DNA from: Candidatus Krumholzibacteriia bacterium | Lineage (GTDB): Bacteria > Krumholzibacteriota > Krumholzibacteriia > LZORAL124-64-63 | DNA: 33,462 bases | Assembly (NCBI GenBank): GCA_046484865.1 | Contig: JAWOID010000020.1 | Location: forward strand, 1 to 33,462 | Direction of reading: 5' to 3' | Notes under the pieces: generated by a model | Database searches by the model: none | Told to the model about the DNA's origin: nothing | What the model saw: only the letters and a program-made list of their open reading frames with translations | Part shown: one piece after another, positions 16,817 to 25,509 of the stretch | Position numbering within the stretch: position 1 is the first letter of the stretch | Layout of the letters: each line of letters begins with the position of its first letter | Translations under genes and position numbers: made by a program

Positions 16817-18615
16817 ACGCGGAGGCCCGCACACCGCTGCCGCCCAGGCATGCCGCTTTGCCGGGGCAGACGCTCACGCGCCGCGGCTTCGTGGGGCTGC
16901 GCGGCCGCACGTCGCGAACGGCCACGTCGCTGCTCGCCAACGGTGAACCGATGCTGTGGCTGGCCGGCGGCGGCCTCGTCGTGTGCGTCGTCATGATCGT
17001 CGGCTTGCTGGGCCTGGTCTTCGCCCGGGGGTTCTCGACGTTCTGGCCGCAGCCGCTCGTGCGGATCGAGACGCACGACGGCCGGATCTCGCTGGGCGAG
17101 GTGACCCGCACCAGCGATTACCGGCCGGAGCCCGGGTTCATCGAGGCCCTACCGCCCGCCGCCGCGGCCGCCGCGAGAGCGAAGCTCGCCGACAGCGATG
17201 AGGATGAACTGCACCGGCGGTTGCTCCGGACGGGCAACTTCGAGCTCACCGGCGAACACTTCCAGTGGATCAGCGAGTACGAGGTGGCTCCAGGCGGCCG
17301 CAGCGAACCCGAGTGGGCGCTGCTGCTCGAGCGGCTCGCCTGGGGCCGGTTCTACGGCTTCCCCTCCGCCTTCCTCGTGGATGGCGAGGTCGCCGCCACC
17401 GAGCCGGAGGCCGTGTGGAACGAGTTCCGCCGCTTCCATGCCGAGGTCCGGGAGCGCTTCGAGCGCCGGCGCGAACTCGAGACCCACGACATCGGCCGTA
17501 TCAACCACCGGCTCGAGGAGGCGCGGCTCGAGCTGCGGTCGGTCGCTCTCGCGCACGGCGAGGACAGCCCCGTGTACGCGGCCGAGCTCCGCGAGTACGA
17601 GCAGGTGGCGGCGCAGGCGGAGGAGCAGTTCGCCGCCGTGGGCGAGCGCATCGACGAGCTGAACCGGCAGAACGCCCGCTACGTGCTGCGGATGCAGACC
17701 GCCGACGGACAGGAGAAGGACATCCAGCTGGGCGACGTGGTCCGCGCCTTCCCGGCCAACCAGCTCTCGCCGGTCGGGAAGGCGGGCGTCTATTTGTCGC
17801 GCTGGTGGGAGTTCCTCAGCGACGAGCCCCGCGAGGCGAACAGCGAGGGCGGGGTCTTCCCGGCCATCTTCGGCACCGTCGTCATGACGCTGATCATGTC
17901 CTTGCTGGTGGTCCCCTTCGGCGTGCTGGCCGCGCTGTACCTGCGCGAGTACGCCAGGGCCGGGCCGATGGTGAGCGCGGTGCGCATCTCCATCAACAAC
18001 CTCGCGGGAGTACCCAGCATCGTCTTCGGCGTGTTCGGCCTCGGGTTCTTCTCCTACATCATCGGGGGAAGCATCGACCGGGCATTCTTCGAGGCCAAGC
18101 TGCCGAGCCCGACCTTCGGCACCGGCGGCCTGCTCTGGGCGTCGCTGACCCTGGCGCTGCTCACGCTGCCGGTGGTGATCGTCGCCACCGAGGAGGCCCT
18201 GGCGGCGGTGCCGGGATCGATGCGGGAGGGCAGCTACGCCTGCGGCGCGAGCAAGTGGCAGACCATCCGCCGCATCGTGCTGCCGCGGGCGATGCCCGGC
18301 ATCATGACGGGGGCCATCCTGGCGATGGCCCGCGGTGCGGGCGAGGTGGCGCCCCTGATGCTGGTGGGGGCCGTGAAGCTGGCGCCGGAACTGCCGGTGG
18401 ACGGGATCTTCCCCTACGTCCACCCCGAGCGCAGCTTCATGCACCTGGGCTTCCACATCTTCGATCTGGGTTTCCAGAGCCAGAACAGCGAGGCGGCGAA
18501 GCCGATGGTCTTCACCACCACCTTGCTGCTCATCCTGATCATCATGTTCTTGAACCTCGCGGCGGTGTGGTTGCGCACCCGGCTGCGGCGGAAGTTCGTC
18601 GCCTCGCAGTTCTGA
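16813..18615 (+). CDS. pstA: Phosphate ABC transporter permease PstA, long form with a periplasmic helical insert
   Basis: ATGA overlap with pstC. 'PREANSEGGVFPAIFGT', 'NNLAGVPSIVFGVFG' and 'ARGAGEVAPL'. Confidence 0.94.
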   Translation: MNAEARTPLPPRHAALPGQTLTRRGFVGLRGRTSRTATSLLANGEPMLWLAGGGLVVCVVMIVGLLGLVFARGFSTFWPQPLVRIETHDGRISLGEVTRTSDYRPEPGFIEALPPAAAAAARAKLADSDEDELHRRLLRTGNFELTGEHFQWISEYEVAPGGRSEPEWALLLERLAWGRFYGFPSAFLVDGEVAATEPEAVWNEFRRFHAEVRERFERRRELETHDIGRINHRLEEARLELRSVALAHGEDSPVYAAELREYEQVAAQAEEQFAAVGERIDELNRQNARYVLRMQTADGQEKDIQLGDVVRAFPANQLSPVGKAGVYLSRWWEFLSDEPREANSEGGVFPAIFGTVVMTLIMSLLVVPFGVLAALYLREYARAGPMVSAVRISINNLAGVPSIVFGVFGLGFFSYIIGGSIDRAFFEAKLPSPTFGTGGLLWASLTLALLTLPVVIVATEEALAAVPGSMREGSYACGASKWQTIRRIVLPRAMPGIMTGAILAMARGAGEVAPLMLVGAVKLAPELPVDGIFPYVHPERSFMHLGFHIFDLGFQSQNSEAAKPMVFTTTLLLILIIMFLNLAAVWLRTRLRRKFVASQF

Positions 18616-18633
18616 GGCGGCGGGGAGCTGGCA

Positions 18634-19557
18634 ATGCAACCGAGCGGAATGCGCGCGGAGGTCGCGACCGGCGGACGGAAGGCCGACCCGGGTGCCGGCG
18701 CCGGCGTCGAGAAGCGGAGCAGCGTGGCGGTGAGCAATCGACTCGAGGCGATCTCGCGCGGCGAGGTCGTTCCCCCCGACATCCACCCGGAGGTCTTCGA
18801 GGAGGAGGCCGTCCTCGAGATCCGGAAGTTCAACCTCTGGTATGGCGAGAAGCAGGCCCTCTTCGACATTTCCATGCCCGTGCCGCGGGGGAAGGTCACG
18901 GCGCTCATCGGGCCTTCCGGCTGCGGCAAGAGCACGCTGCTGAGGTCGGTGAATCGGCTGAACGACCTCATCGACATCGTGCGCATCGAGGGAGACATGC
19001 TGCTCGAGGGCGACAGCATCTACGGGGCGGGAGTGGACGTCATCGAGCTGCGCCGGCGCATGGGCATGGTCTTCCAGAAGCCGAATCCGTTCCCGATGAG
19101 CGTCGAGGAGAACGTGATCTATGCCCTGAAGATCGACGGCGAGCGCAACCGCAACGTGCTGCGCGAGGTCTGTCAGGCGGCCCTGAAGGGAGCGGCGCTC
19201 TGGGACGAGGTCCGCGAGCGGTTGCGCGACAGCGCGCTGGGGCTCTCGGGCGGCCAGCAACAGCGGCTGTGCATCGCCCGCGCCATCGCCGCCGAGCCGG
19301 AGGTGCTGCTGATGGACGAGCCTGCCAGCGCGCTCGACCCCATCGCGACCAGCAAGATCGAGGATCTCATCCGGGAACTGCGTGGCGCCTACTCGATCCT
19401 GATCGTGACCCACAACATGCAGCAGGCGTCGCGGGTGAGCGATTACACGGCCCTGATGTACCTGGGGCAGCTGGTGGAGTATGGGCCCACCGCCAGGATG
19501 TTCACCAATCCGCACCTGCGCGAGACCGAGGACTACATCACCGGCCGTTTCGGCTGA
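18634..19557 (+). CDS. pstB: Phosphate ABC transporter ATP-binding protein PstB (start uncertain; N-terminal extension)
   Basis: Walker A 'GPSGCGKS', '[11 protein letters not shown]', signature '[14 protein letters not shown]', Walker B 'LLMDEP' and C-terminus '[10 protein letters not shown]'. Confidence 0.97.
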   Translation: MQPSGMRAEVATGGRKADPGAGAGVEKRSSVAVSNRLEAISRGEVVPPDIHPEVFEEEAVLEIRKFNLWYGEKQALFDISMPVPRGKVTALIGPSGCGKSTLLRSVNRLNDLIDIVRIEGDMLLEGDSIYGAGVDVIELRRRMGMVFQKPNPFPMSVEENVIYALKIDGERNRNVLREVCQAALKGAALWDEVRERLRDSALGLSGGQQQRLCIARAIAAEPEVLLMDEPASALDPIATSKIEDLIRELRGAYSILIVTHNMQQASRVSDYTALMYLGQLVEYGPTARMFTNPHLRETEDYITGRFG

Positions 19558-19627
19558 TTTGCGCTCGGCGCCTGTTAAGAAGAATTCGCAATATTGTTAA
19601 AATTTCTCCACCCCGGTCCGGGATTCG

Positions 19628-19636
19628 TGCTAGACT
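19628..19636 (+). promoter_or_regulatory. Candidate extended -10 promoter (TGcTAGACT) for the secreted TWG-motif gene
   Basis: TG-n-TAGACT preceded by an unusually AT-rich tract at 19573-19606. Confidence 0.4.
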
Positions 19637-19757
19637 GCCGTCGCTGGTGTCACCCGTGCCCAGGCTCGATCCCGAATTCAAGCATCCGGTCCCGAGACGA
19701 CACGTGACCAGGCAGGGAGGATTGACCCGATTCCAAAAATTTGAAGGGGGGACGATC

Positions 19758-20477
19758 ATGAAGCGCTTGATCTCGATTTCCGTTCTTGTCACGATCTTGT
19801 TCGCAGCGGGAAGCGTCTGGGCCTACTGCCCGGACGTGATCGGGACCTGGGGGACGCAGTACGGCACCCTGCTCGAGGGCCGCGTCAGCGAGGCGTGGTG
19901 CGGTGCGGACGGGTCGCCGGTGGCGCCCGGACAGCCGGGCAACGTCGAGAACGCCTACTCGTGGGACGGCGTCACGCTCGGCACCCAGTGGCGGGTGTGG
20001 GGTATGGCCGTCGACGCGAGCGGGCCGCAGCTGTCGAGCGACACCGTCGACGCCAATGGCAACGGTTCGCGCACCTACGTCACCAACTATGTCGGCGGCG
20101 AGTACTGGCTCTCCGGCGCCTACGACTGGACGAACGGGAGTGAAGATCTCACCGGCGTGCTCGAGAGCTACCTGGTGGTCACCACTCTCACGTTCATCGG
20201 CGGCAACGTGGTGGGCCAGACCTCGAACGTCACCCTGACCGGCCGTTTCACCGAGTGCCCGGAAGCCAACAACTGCGTCCTGGAGTTCGCCATCGCCAAC
20301 GCCATCCTGGACTGGCGCAGCGACTTCGGCATGCCGATGCCGGCCGGCTATCCGGCCTTCCTCTGTGGGGCCACGCAGGGCGAACTCTTCTCGTCCTGCT
20401 GCATCACGATGCGCGTGAACTGTGCGGTGGGGGCGGAAGGCACGACCTGGGGCGCGCTGAAGCAGCTCTACCGCTGA
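19758..20477 (+). CDS. Secreted Cys-rich hypothetical protein (239 aa) with C-terminal TWGALKQLYR motif
   Basis: GAAGGGGGG RBS; Sec signal peptide 'MKRLISISVLVTILFAAGSVWA|Y'; beta-rich mature part with several Cys. The ORF track hides it inside the long 17265-20477 frame. Confidence 0.88.
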   Translation: MKRLISISVLVTILFAAGSVWAYCPDVIGTWGTQYGTLLEGRVSEAWCGADGSPVAPGQPGNVENAYSWDGVTLGTQWRVWGMAVDASGPQLSSDTVDANGNGSRTYVTNYVGGEYWLSGAYDWTNGSEDLTGVLESYLVVTTLTFIGGNVVGQTSNVTLTGRFTECPEANNCVLEFAIANAILDWRSDFGMPMPAGYPAFLCGATQGELFSSCCITMRVNCAVGAEGTTWGALKQLYR

Positions 20478-20523
20478 TATGGTGTGACCGCCGGATCGCC
20501 GGCGAGGCGACGGCAGGTGATCA

Positions 20524-20558
20524 CGAGAGCCCGGGTCGATCGCGGCCCGGGGCTCTCG
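20524..20558. terminator. Hairpin between convergent genes
   Basis: CGAGAGCCCGGGTCG-ATCG-CGGCCCGGGGCTCTCG is a near-perfect inverted repeat. Confidence 0.5.
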
Positions 20559-20562
20559 ACGT

Positions 20563-22388
20563 TCAGCGGCCGGGGCGTTGGAGGTCCGCCACGTAGATGC
20601 ACCGGTAGGTGGCGCCCGTCGCTTCGTGAGGGAACCCGCCCTCCTGGAGGTGCTCGCGCAGACGCTGTCGCGTGGGTACGGGCATGGCGATCTGCTCCAG
20701 CAGGTTGGCCAGCAGCCACGAGGCCGCCTGGTGATTGCCCAGTCGCCGGAAGCGCACGCCACGGGCCGCGAACTGCTCCTCGACCCAGCGCGGCGGCGGC
20801 AGCACGCCGGCCCGGTGCTCGCGGAACCGTCCGGGCGCGGCGGCGCGCAGCCGGCGTTCGAGCGCCGGCGCCGCCGGACCGGGGAACGACAGCACGAGGC
20901 GGCGCCGCGCAACGCGCAGCAGCGATTCGAGGAAGAAGATGCGCTCGCCCAGCGCCACGTGCTCCAGCACGTCGGGCGCGACCACCAGGTCAACGCGCGG
21001 TCCGCGAACGGCGCCCGGGAGATCGCCGTGAAGGGCTCCGAGTGGTGCTCGTAGCGGCCGCCGGCGAAGATCGCAGCCAGCAGCGGCTCCGCCGTACCCA
21101 CTTCGAGAACCGAGTCGACCGGCACCTCGAGTCCCTCGAGCGCCGCCTCGGCGATACCCAGGCGCAGGACGTAGTCCGGATAGGCCAGGTCGGGCAGGAC
21201 GGGCCGCGGGCGGACCGGAACGTCGAGGTGTTCGGCGAAGACCTCCGCAGCCGGCCACACGCGCCGCTCCTCGATCATCGCCTGCGCCAGGTCCGCGACC
21301 CGGGCGGCGCTGCGCCCGTCGAACGCTCCCGCGTACCGGCGGACGAAGTTCGCGTCGAGGCCGGCCCCGGCCCCGGCCCCGGCGCCGTTGCCGGGTGCCA
21401 GGTCGTTGCCGGGGCCGGGTGCGGTCAGGTGGTTGCGCAGGGCGCGCGCCGACTCCAGAGGCGTGGTGCGCAGCAGGGCGCCGCCGGCGCGTTCGATGTC
21501 GGCGGTCAGTTCCGGCCCGCGGCCGCGGTAGTCGAAGAACACGGCCGGCCGCCGGAGCAGCAACGACTCCATCATCACGCTGGACGAGAAGGTCACCACG
21601 AGGGCGGCGTCCAGGATGGCGGCGGCGTTGTCGTGGCTCGTGGCGAGCACCTCCACGCGATCGGCGATGCCGCCGGCCGTCGCGGCGGAGGCGTAGAGGG
21701 CATCGGTCCCGAAGAACGGCTCGGCCGGGTGGGGTTTCACGCGCAGGCGGGCGGTCGGGAACGCCGCGGCCAGGTCTGCCAGCAACCGGGCCAGCAAGTC
21801 CAGCCAGACCTCCGGCGCATGGCCGTGGGCCGAATCGGGCCCGGTGAAGTTGTGGTTCTGGCCGAAGAGCAGCACGTCGCCGCGCGGCGAGAACCCGGCG
21901 CGATGTGCGCGCGCGGCGTGCAGCGCATCGTACTGCGGGCAGCCGGTCACGACCAGACGCTCGGACGCCACCCCCAGGCCCAGGTACAGGTCGCGGTCGC
22001 GCTCGCCGATCACCGCCATCCGGTCGGCCGCGAACACCAGGTTCGGCGGGTAAGGAGGGTCGTACGCCACCGCGAACGGCGAGTGCTCGAGCGTCAGGGT
22101 GGGGATGCCGGCGGCGCGACAGGCCTGGTCGATGTCGATGCCGAGCCGGTGCTCCGGGATCAGGTCGGCGCCGTTGATGAAGATGCCGCCCGGACCGGCC
22201 GCCACGAACCCGTCCAGCGCGTCGGCGTCGGCGGTGGTCGGCAGTCCCATGGCCTCGAGCCGATCGCGCCGGCCGGCCTCGGCCACCACGACGGTGACGT
22301 CCACCCGACGGCGGGCCAGTTCGACGACCACCGGGCCCAGGAGCAGGTCCAGGTTGGGGTGGTTCACCAGCACCAGCGCGCGGCTCAT
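20563..22388 (-). CDS. GT-B-fold glycosyltransferase-like domain fused to a class I SAM methyltransferase domain; 1-bp frameshift near 20991-20992
   Basis: ATG 22388 overlaps the upstream stop (ATGA). GT part: 'LEHS', 'LVVTGCPQYD', 'LRVKPHPAE', 'VVTFSSSVMMESLL' and 'DGRSAARV'. MTase part: 'SVLEVG', then 'PFADRA' in one frame and 'DLVVAPDVLEHV' in another. Confidence 0.75.
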
Positions 22389-24436
22389 GCCGGGGCCTCC
22401 GCGAGAGCGGGAGTCGCGTCCCGCGCGATCGTCGGTTCCCGCTGCGGGGCCGGCACCGACGCGATCTCCAGCCGGGAACGGATGACGCACGGGCGCGGGT
22501 CCTCGCGGAAGGTCTCGTCCATCTCCTGCGCGGCGTAATGAAGGCGTAGGAACACGCCGCCGTCGCTGGCCCGCCGGTGCACGATTCCGGGCACCAGCGC
22601 CGAAACGGCCGGGTCGTGGCTGAATCGCAGGGTGCCGTGGGCATCGCCCACCAGCATTTCGCCTTCGGTGGCGCCGAGGCCGTGCAGCGCCGACACGAGA
22701 CAGCTGTACGGACGGCCGTGATCCACCTCGCGTCCCGCCAGCGGAAACACCTCCAGGTCGCCGCCCTGGTGGGTGGCGAAGAAGAGCGTTTCCGGATCGA
22801 ACGCCGCCGGCAGCAGGGTGAACGTCAAGGGGTGGACCAGGGCGAACCGGCGCGACGGGAGCAGCAGTTCCTGACGGATCTCCAGCCGCGCCGGCTCCGC
22901 ACGGAACCGGTACGTGCGCCGCAGGACATGGCCGCGACACCGGACCTCGGTGGCGACGGTCAGGCTCCCGTCCGTTCGGGTCTCCACGCTGGGAACCACC
23001 GGCACCAGGTCGGTGAGCTTGGGCTCGCCCGGGTACTGGATCACGGCGTGACCGGAGTAGAAGTCGGCGCTGAGGCCGATGTCGTCGTACGTGCCGTGGG
23101 GAAGGGTGCCCAGCCGCGGCTCGCCGCCGCGCCCGTCGAGCGCCAGGGAGGTGATGGCCGCCCCCCGCGCGAGGTCGAGCACGCACGCCAGGCCCGATCC
23201 CGACACCCGTAGCTCGCGCGCCGTCCGGTCCAGGCGCCAGGGGATCATGTCCCGCGGGCCCGCAGGCGCCGCGCTCTCCTCCGGCGGACCCGTCGGCGGG
23301 GACGCTCCTGTCGCCGCCTCCAGCCGGGCGAGTTCCGCCTGCAGAGCGTCCCAGCGATCGGCGGTGAGGTGCGTGCGGTGGTCGCTGGACCAGAGCCGGC
23401 AGAGGGTGCGCCACTCGACCGGCGGCACCCGCCGCAGCAGCGCATGGCAGCGCGTGTTGAGGGCCAGATCGTCGCGCCCGGTGAGAGCCCAGCGGTTGAG
23501 CGTGTACTTCTCCTGCTTCTTCACCACCACCGGCTGCGCCGCCGTCTCGAGGCGCAGGACCGGGGTCGCGCCGGCGGGCTCCGCTGCGGGCGGAGATGAC
23601 GGCGAGGGCAGCGGCGACGGCGAGGGCAGCGGCGACGGCAATCTCGTCAGGCGCATGTCCGGCGCGTCCGCCAGAGCGGCGTAGGCGGCGCGGACGCGGT
23701 CCCAGTCGCTCACGCCGGTGGCGGGCGCCTCGGTGGCATAGCGGCCCGGGCGATGATCGAAGATCTCGGCGTCGTTGCCGTAGACGGCCAGCCGGCGCAC
23801 CGCGTGCTCGCAGCCGTGCCGGCACCGGAGGTACTCCACCAGGTCGTTCGGCTCCAGCTCGCCGTGCGCCACGCGCTGGAACTTCTGGAAGACGACCGTG
23901 TCGATCCAGATCACCGGCAGCCGCACACCGTCGGGTCCGGCCAGCAGCTGCGATCCGTAACGCCACCCGGGCGACCACTCGGGATGGGCGCGGGCGGCGT
24001 TGTTCCACTCCATGATCACGGCCTGGTAGCCGGCGTCCGCGTAGTGCCGCAGCAGCCCGCCGGAGTATGCCATCTCGTTGACGAGCGCCACCGTGGGCGC
24101 CGTCCCCAGCAGCTCGCGATAGACCTCGTTGCCCAGCCGCAGGTTCTCCGCGTTGACGCGGGCGGGCACCAGGGGTCCGATGATCTGGCTGTAGCCGCTG
24201 CCGACCAGCTCGACCCGTCCCGCCGTCACCAGCGCGCGCAGACGCGCCACCCAGCCGGGTTCGAGAGCTGCGGCGATCTCGAGCGTGAGTCCGGTGGCCT
24301 CCAGCGCCAGCGGCACCCCGTCCTCCGCGAGATCGAGCAGCGGCCGGTAGCAGCGCCGGATCACCTCCGGCCGGCGCTCCTCCGGCAGCGACGAGTACAT
24401 GAGGTTCAGGTGGTAGAGCGAGTACAGCTCGAGCAT
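22385..24436 (-). CDS. Glycoside hydrolase family 57-like protein with a C-terminal beta-rich domain
   Basis: TGATG coupling to pseG. 'YHLNL', 'CYRPLLDL', 'GRVELVGSGYSQIIGPLVP', 'ALVNEMAYS' (position of the nucleophile Glu) and 'YGNDAEIF' (position of the acid/base Asp). Confidence 0.75.
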   Translation of the reverse strand: MLELYSLYHLNLMYSSLPEERRPEVIRRCYRPLLDLAEDGVPLALEATGLTLEIAAALEPGWVARLRALVTAGRVELVGSGYSQIIGPLVPARVNAENLRLGNEVYRELLGTAPTVALVNEMAYSGGLLRHYADAGYQAVIMEWNNAARAHPEWSPGWRYGSQLLAGPDGVRLPVIWIDTVVFQKFQRVAHGELEPNDLVEYLRCRHGCEHAVRRLAVYGNDAEIFDHRPGRYATEAPATGVSDWDRVRAAYAALADAPDMRLTRLPSPLPSPSPLPSPSSPPAAEPAGATPVLRLETAAQPVVVKKQEKYTLNRWALTGRDDLALNTRCHALLRRVPPVEWRTLCRLWSSDHRTHLTADRWDALQAELARLEAATGASPPTGPPEESAAPAGPRDMIPWRLDRTARELRVSGSGLACVLDLARGAAITSLALDGRGGEPRLGTLPHGTYDDIGLSADFYSGHAVIQYPGEPKLTDLVPVVPSVETRTDGSLTVATEVRCRGHVLRRTYRFRAEPARLEIRQELLLPSRRFALVHPLTFTLLPAAFDPETLFFATHQGGDLEVFPLAGREVDHGRPYSCLVSALHGLGATEGEMLVGDAHGTLRFSHDPAVSALVPGIVHRRASDGGVFLRLHYAAQEMDETFREDPRPCVIRSRLEIASVPAPQREPTIARDATPALAEAPA
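23598..23640. repeat. 18-bp tandem repeat (GACGGCGAGGGCAGCGGC, about 2.3 copies) encoding a Pro/Ser linker
   Basis: Direct repeat in the sequence; translates on the minus strand as LPSPLPSPSPLPSPS. Confidence 0.7.
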
Positions 24437-25509
24437 CACGATTCCGATGGCTGCGGGCCGGCGCCGCCGTTGCGGGCCAGATCCAGCACGAGGTGGGCGA
24501 TGCGTTCGGCGCCCCGGCCGTCCACCAGGTCCTGGCCATGGGCGGACATCGCCTCGCGGCGAGCGGAGTCGAGCCACAGCCGGCGGGCGCTCTCGGTCAG
24601 GGCCGACGTGGTGACCTCCTGGTGGTGCCCCAGCGCCAGGGCGCAGCCGCGGGCTTCCACGGCGGTCGCGGCCTCCGCGTCGGCGGGATAGTTCCAGACC
24701 AGCAGCGGCGGCACGCCCAGGCAGAGCAACTCGTGGACGGTGATCCCGAAGGCGGTCACCGCCATGCCGCAGCGACGCATGATGGGCGCCAGCCCGGCCG
24801 GCGACTCGTGCACCAGAACGTTGCCGGTGCGCCGGACGTCCGCCGCGCGTCGCCTCACCTCGCCTGCGTGCGCGAACTGCGGTCCGATCACCAGGTGTAA
24901 CGGCACCATGCTCGCCAGCGGCGCCACGGCCGCGAGAGCCTTGAAGGTGATGCCGGCCGGATCGAGGCCGCCGAAGGTGATGAGGATGCCGTGCCGCTCG
25001 GCCAGCGGCGGCAGTTCCGGACGTGCATGGCAGACGGCCTCGTCCACGACGAGGAAGTCGGCCCCTGCGCGGACGCCGGCGGCGGGTCGGTCCGGATGGC
25101 CTATGGCCGGGATCACCGTCAGGTCGGCGCCGGGCAGGTCGGGCACGTCGAGCACCAGCACGCGCGCGCCGCGAGCCTGCAGGCGCGGGACGAGTTCCGG
25201 CGCGGGCGGCCGGGTATCGAGTACGACCACCGGCTGCCGCACCGCCCCTGACGCCGTGGTGGCGCCGGCGGCTGCCGCGCGAACCATCCCCTCCGGGCTG
25301 GCCACGGTCGCGACCCGGTGCCCCGCCGCGGTCACGAGCGCCGTCTTCTCCTGATCCTCGCCCATGACGAAGACCGGCGCCACGCCCTGGTCGCGCAGCC
25401 GCGCCGCCACGGCCAGCATGCGGCGCACGTGCCCGAAGCCGGGACCGGACGGGTGGAGGAAGACGGCCGCCTCCGGCGCGTCGGCCCGCGCCCGCGCTCC
25501 GGCGGTCAC
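24436..25509 (-). CDS. pseG: PseG/SpsG-like UDP-sugar hydrolase (GT28-like fold)
   Basis: GTGA overlap with the pseI stop. 'GPGFGHVRR' (GxGHxxR), 'ILITFGGLDP', 'TAFGITVHELLCLGVP' and 'LVDGRGAERI'. Confidence 0.78.
   Translation of the reverse strand: MTAGARARADAPEAAVFLHPSGPGFGHVRRMLAVAARLRDQGVAPVFVMGEDQEKTALVTAAGHRVATVASPEGMVRAAAAGATTASGAVRQPVVVLDTRPPAPELVPRLQARGARVLVLDVPDLPGADLTVIPAIGHPDRPAAGVRAGADFLVVDEAVCHARPELPPLAERHGILITFGGLDPAGITFKALAAVAPLASMVPLHLVIGPQFAHAGEVRRRAADVRRTGNVLVHESPAGLAPIMRRCGMAVTAFGITVHELLCLGVPPLLVWNYPADAEAATAVEARGCALALGHHQEVTTSALTESARRLWLDSARREAMSAHGQDLVDGRGAERIAHLVLDLARNGGAGPQPSES

Noticed and set aside
17265..20477. 1070-aa plus-strand ORF
   Set aside because: It is an Arg/Gly/Pro-rich off-frame of pstA/pstB. 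Only 19758-20477 has an RBS, signal peptide and normal composition.
21359..21385. (CCGGCC)n hexamer run as a phase-variation tract
   Set aside because: It is an in-frame repeat encoding a GAGAGAG linker and lies more than 350 bp from the actual frameshift.
19650..24539. 1629-aa minus-strand ORF as a single giant protein
   Set aside because: Only 22388 to about 20992 is real coding sequence. The rest is a shadow frame of the GH57 gene plus frameshift read-through.
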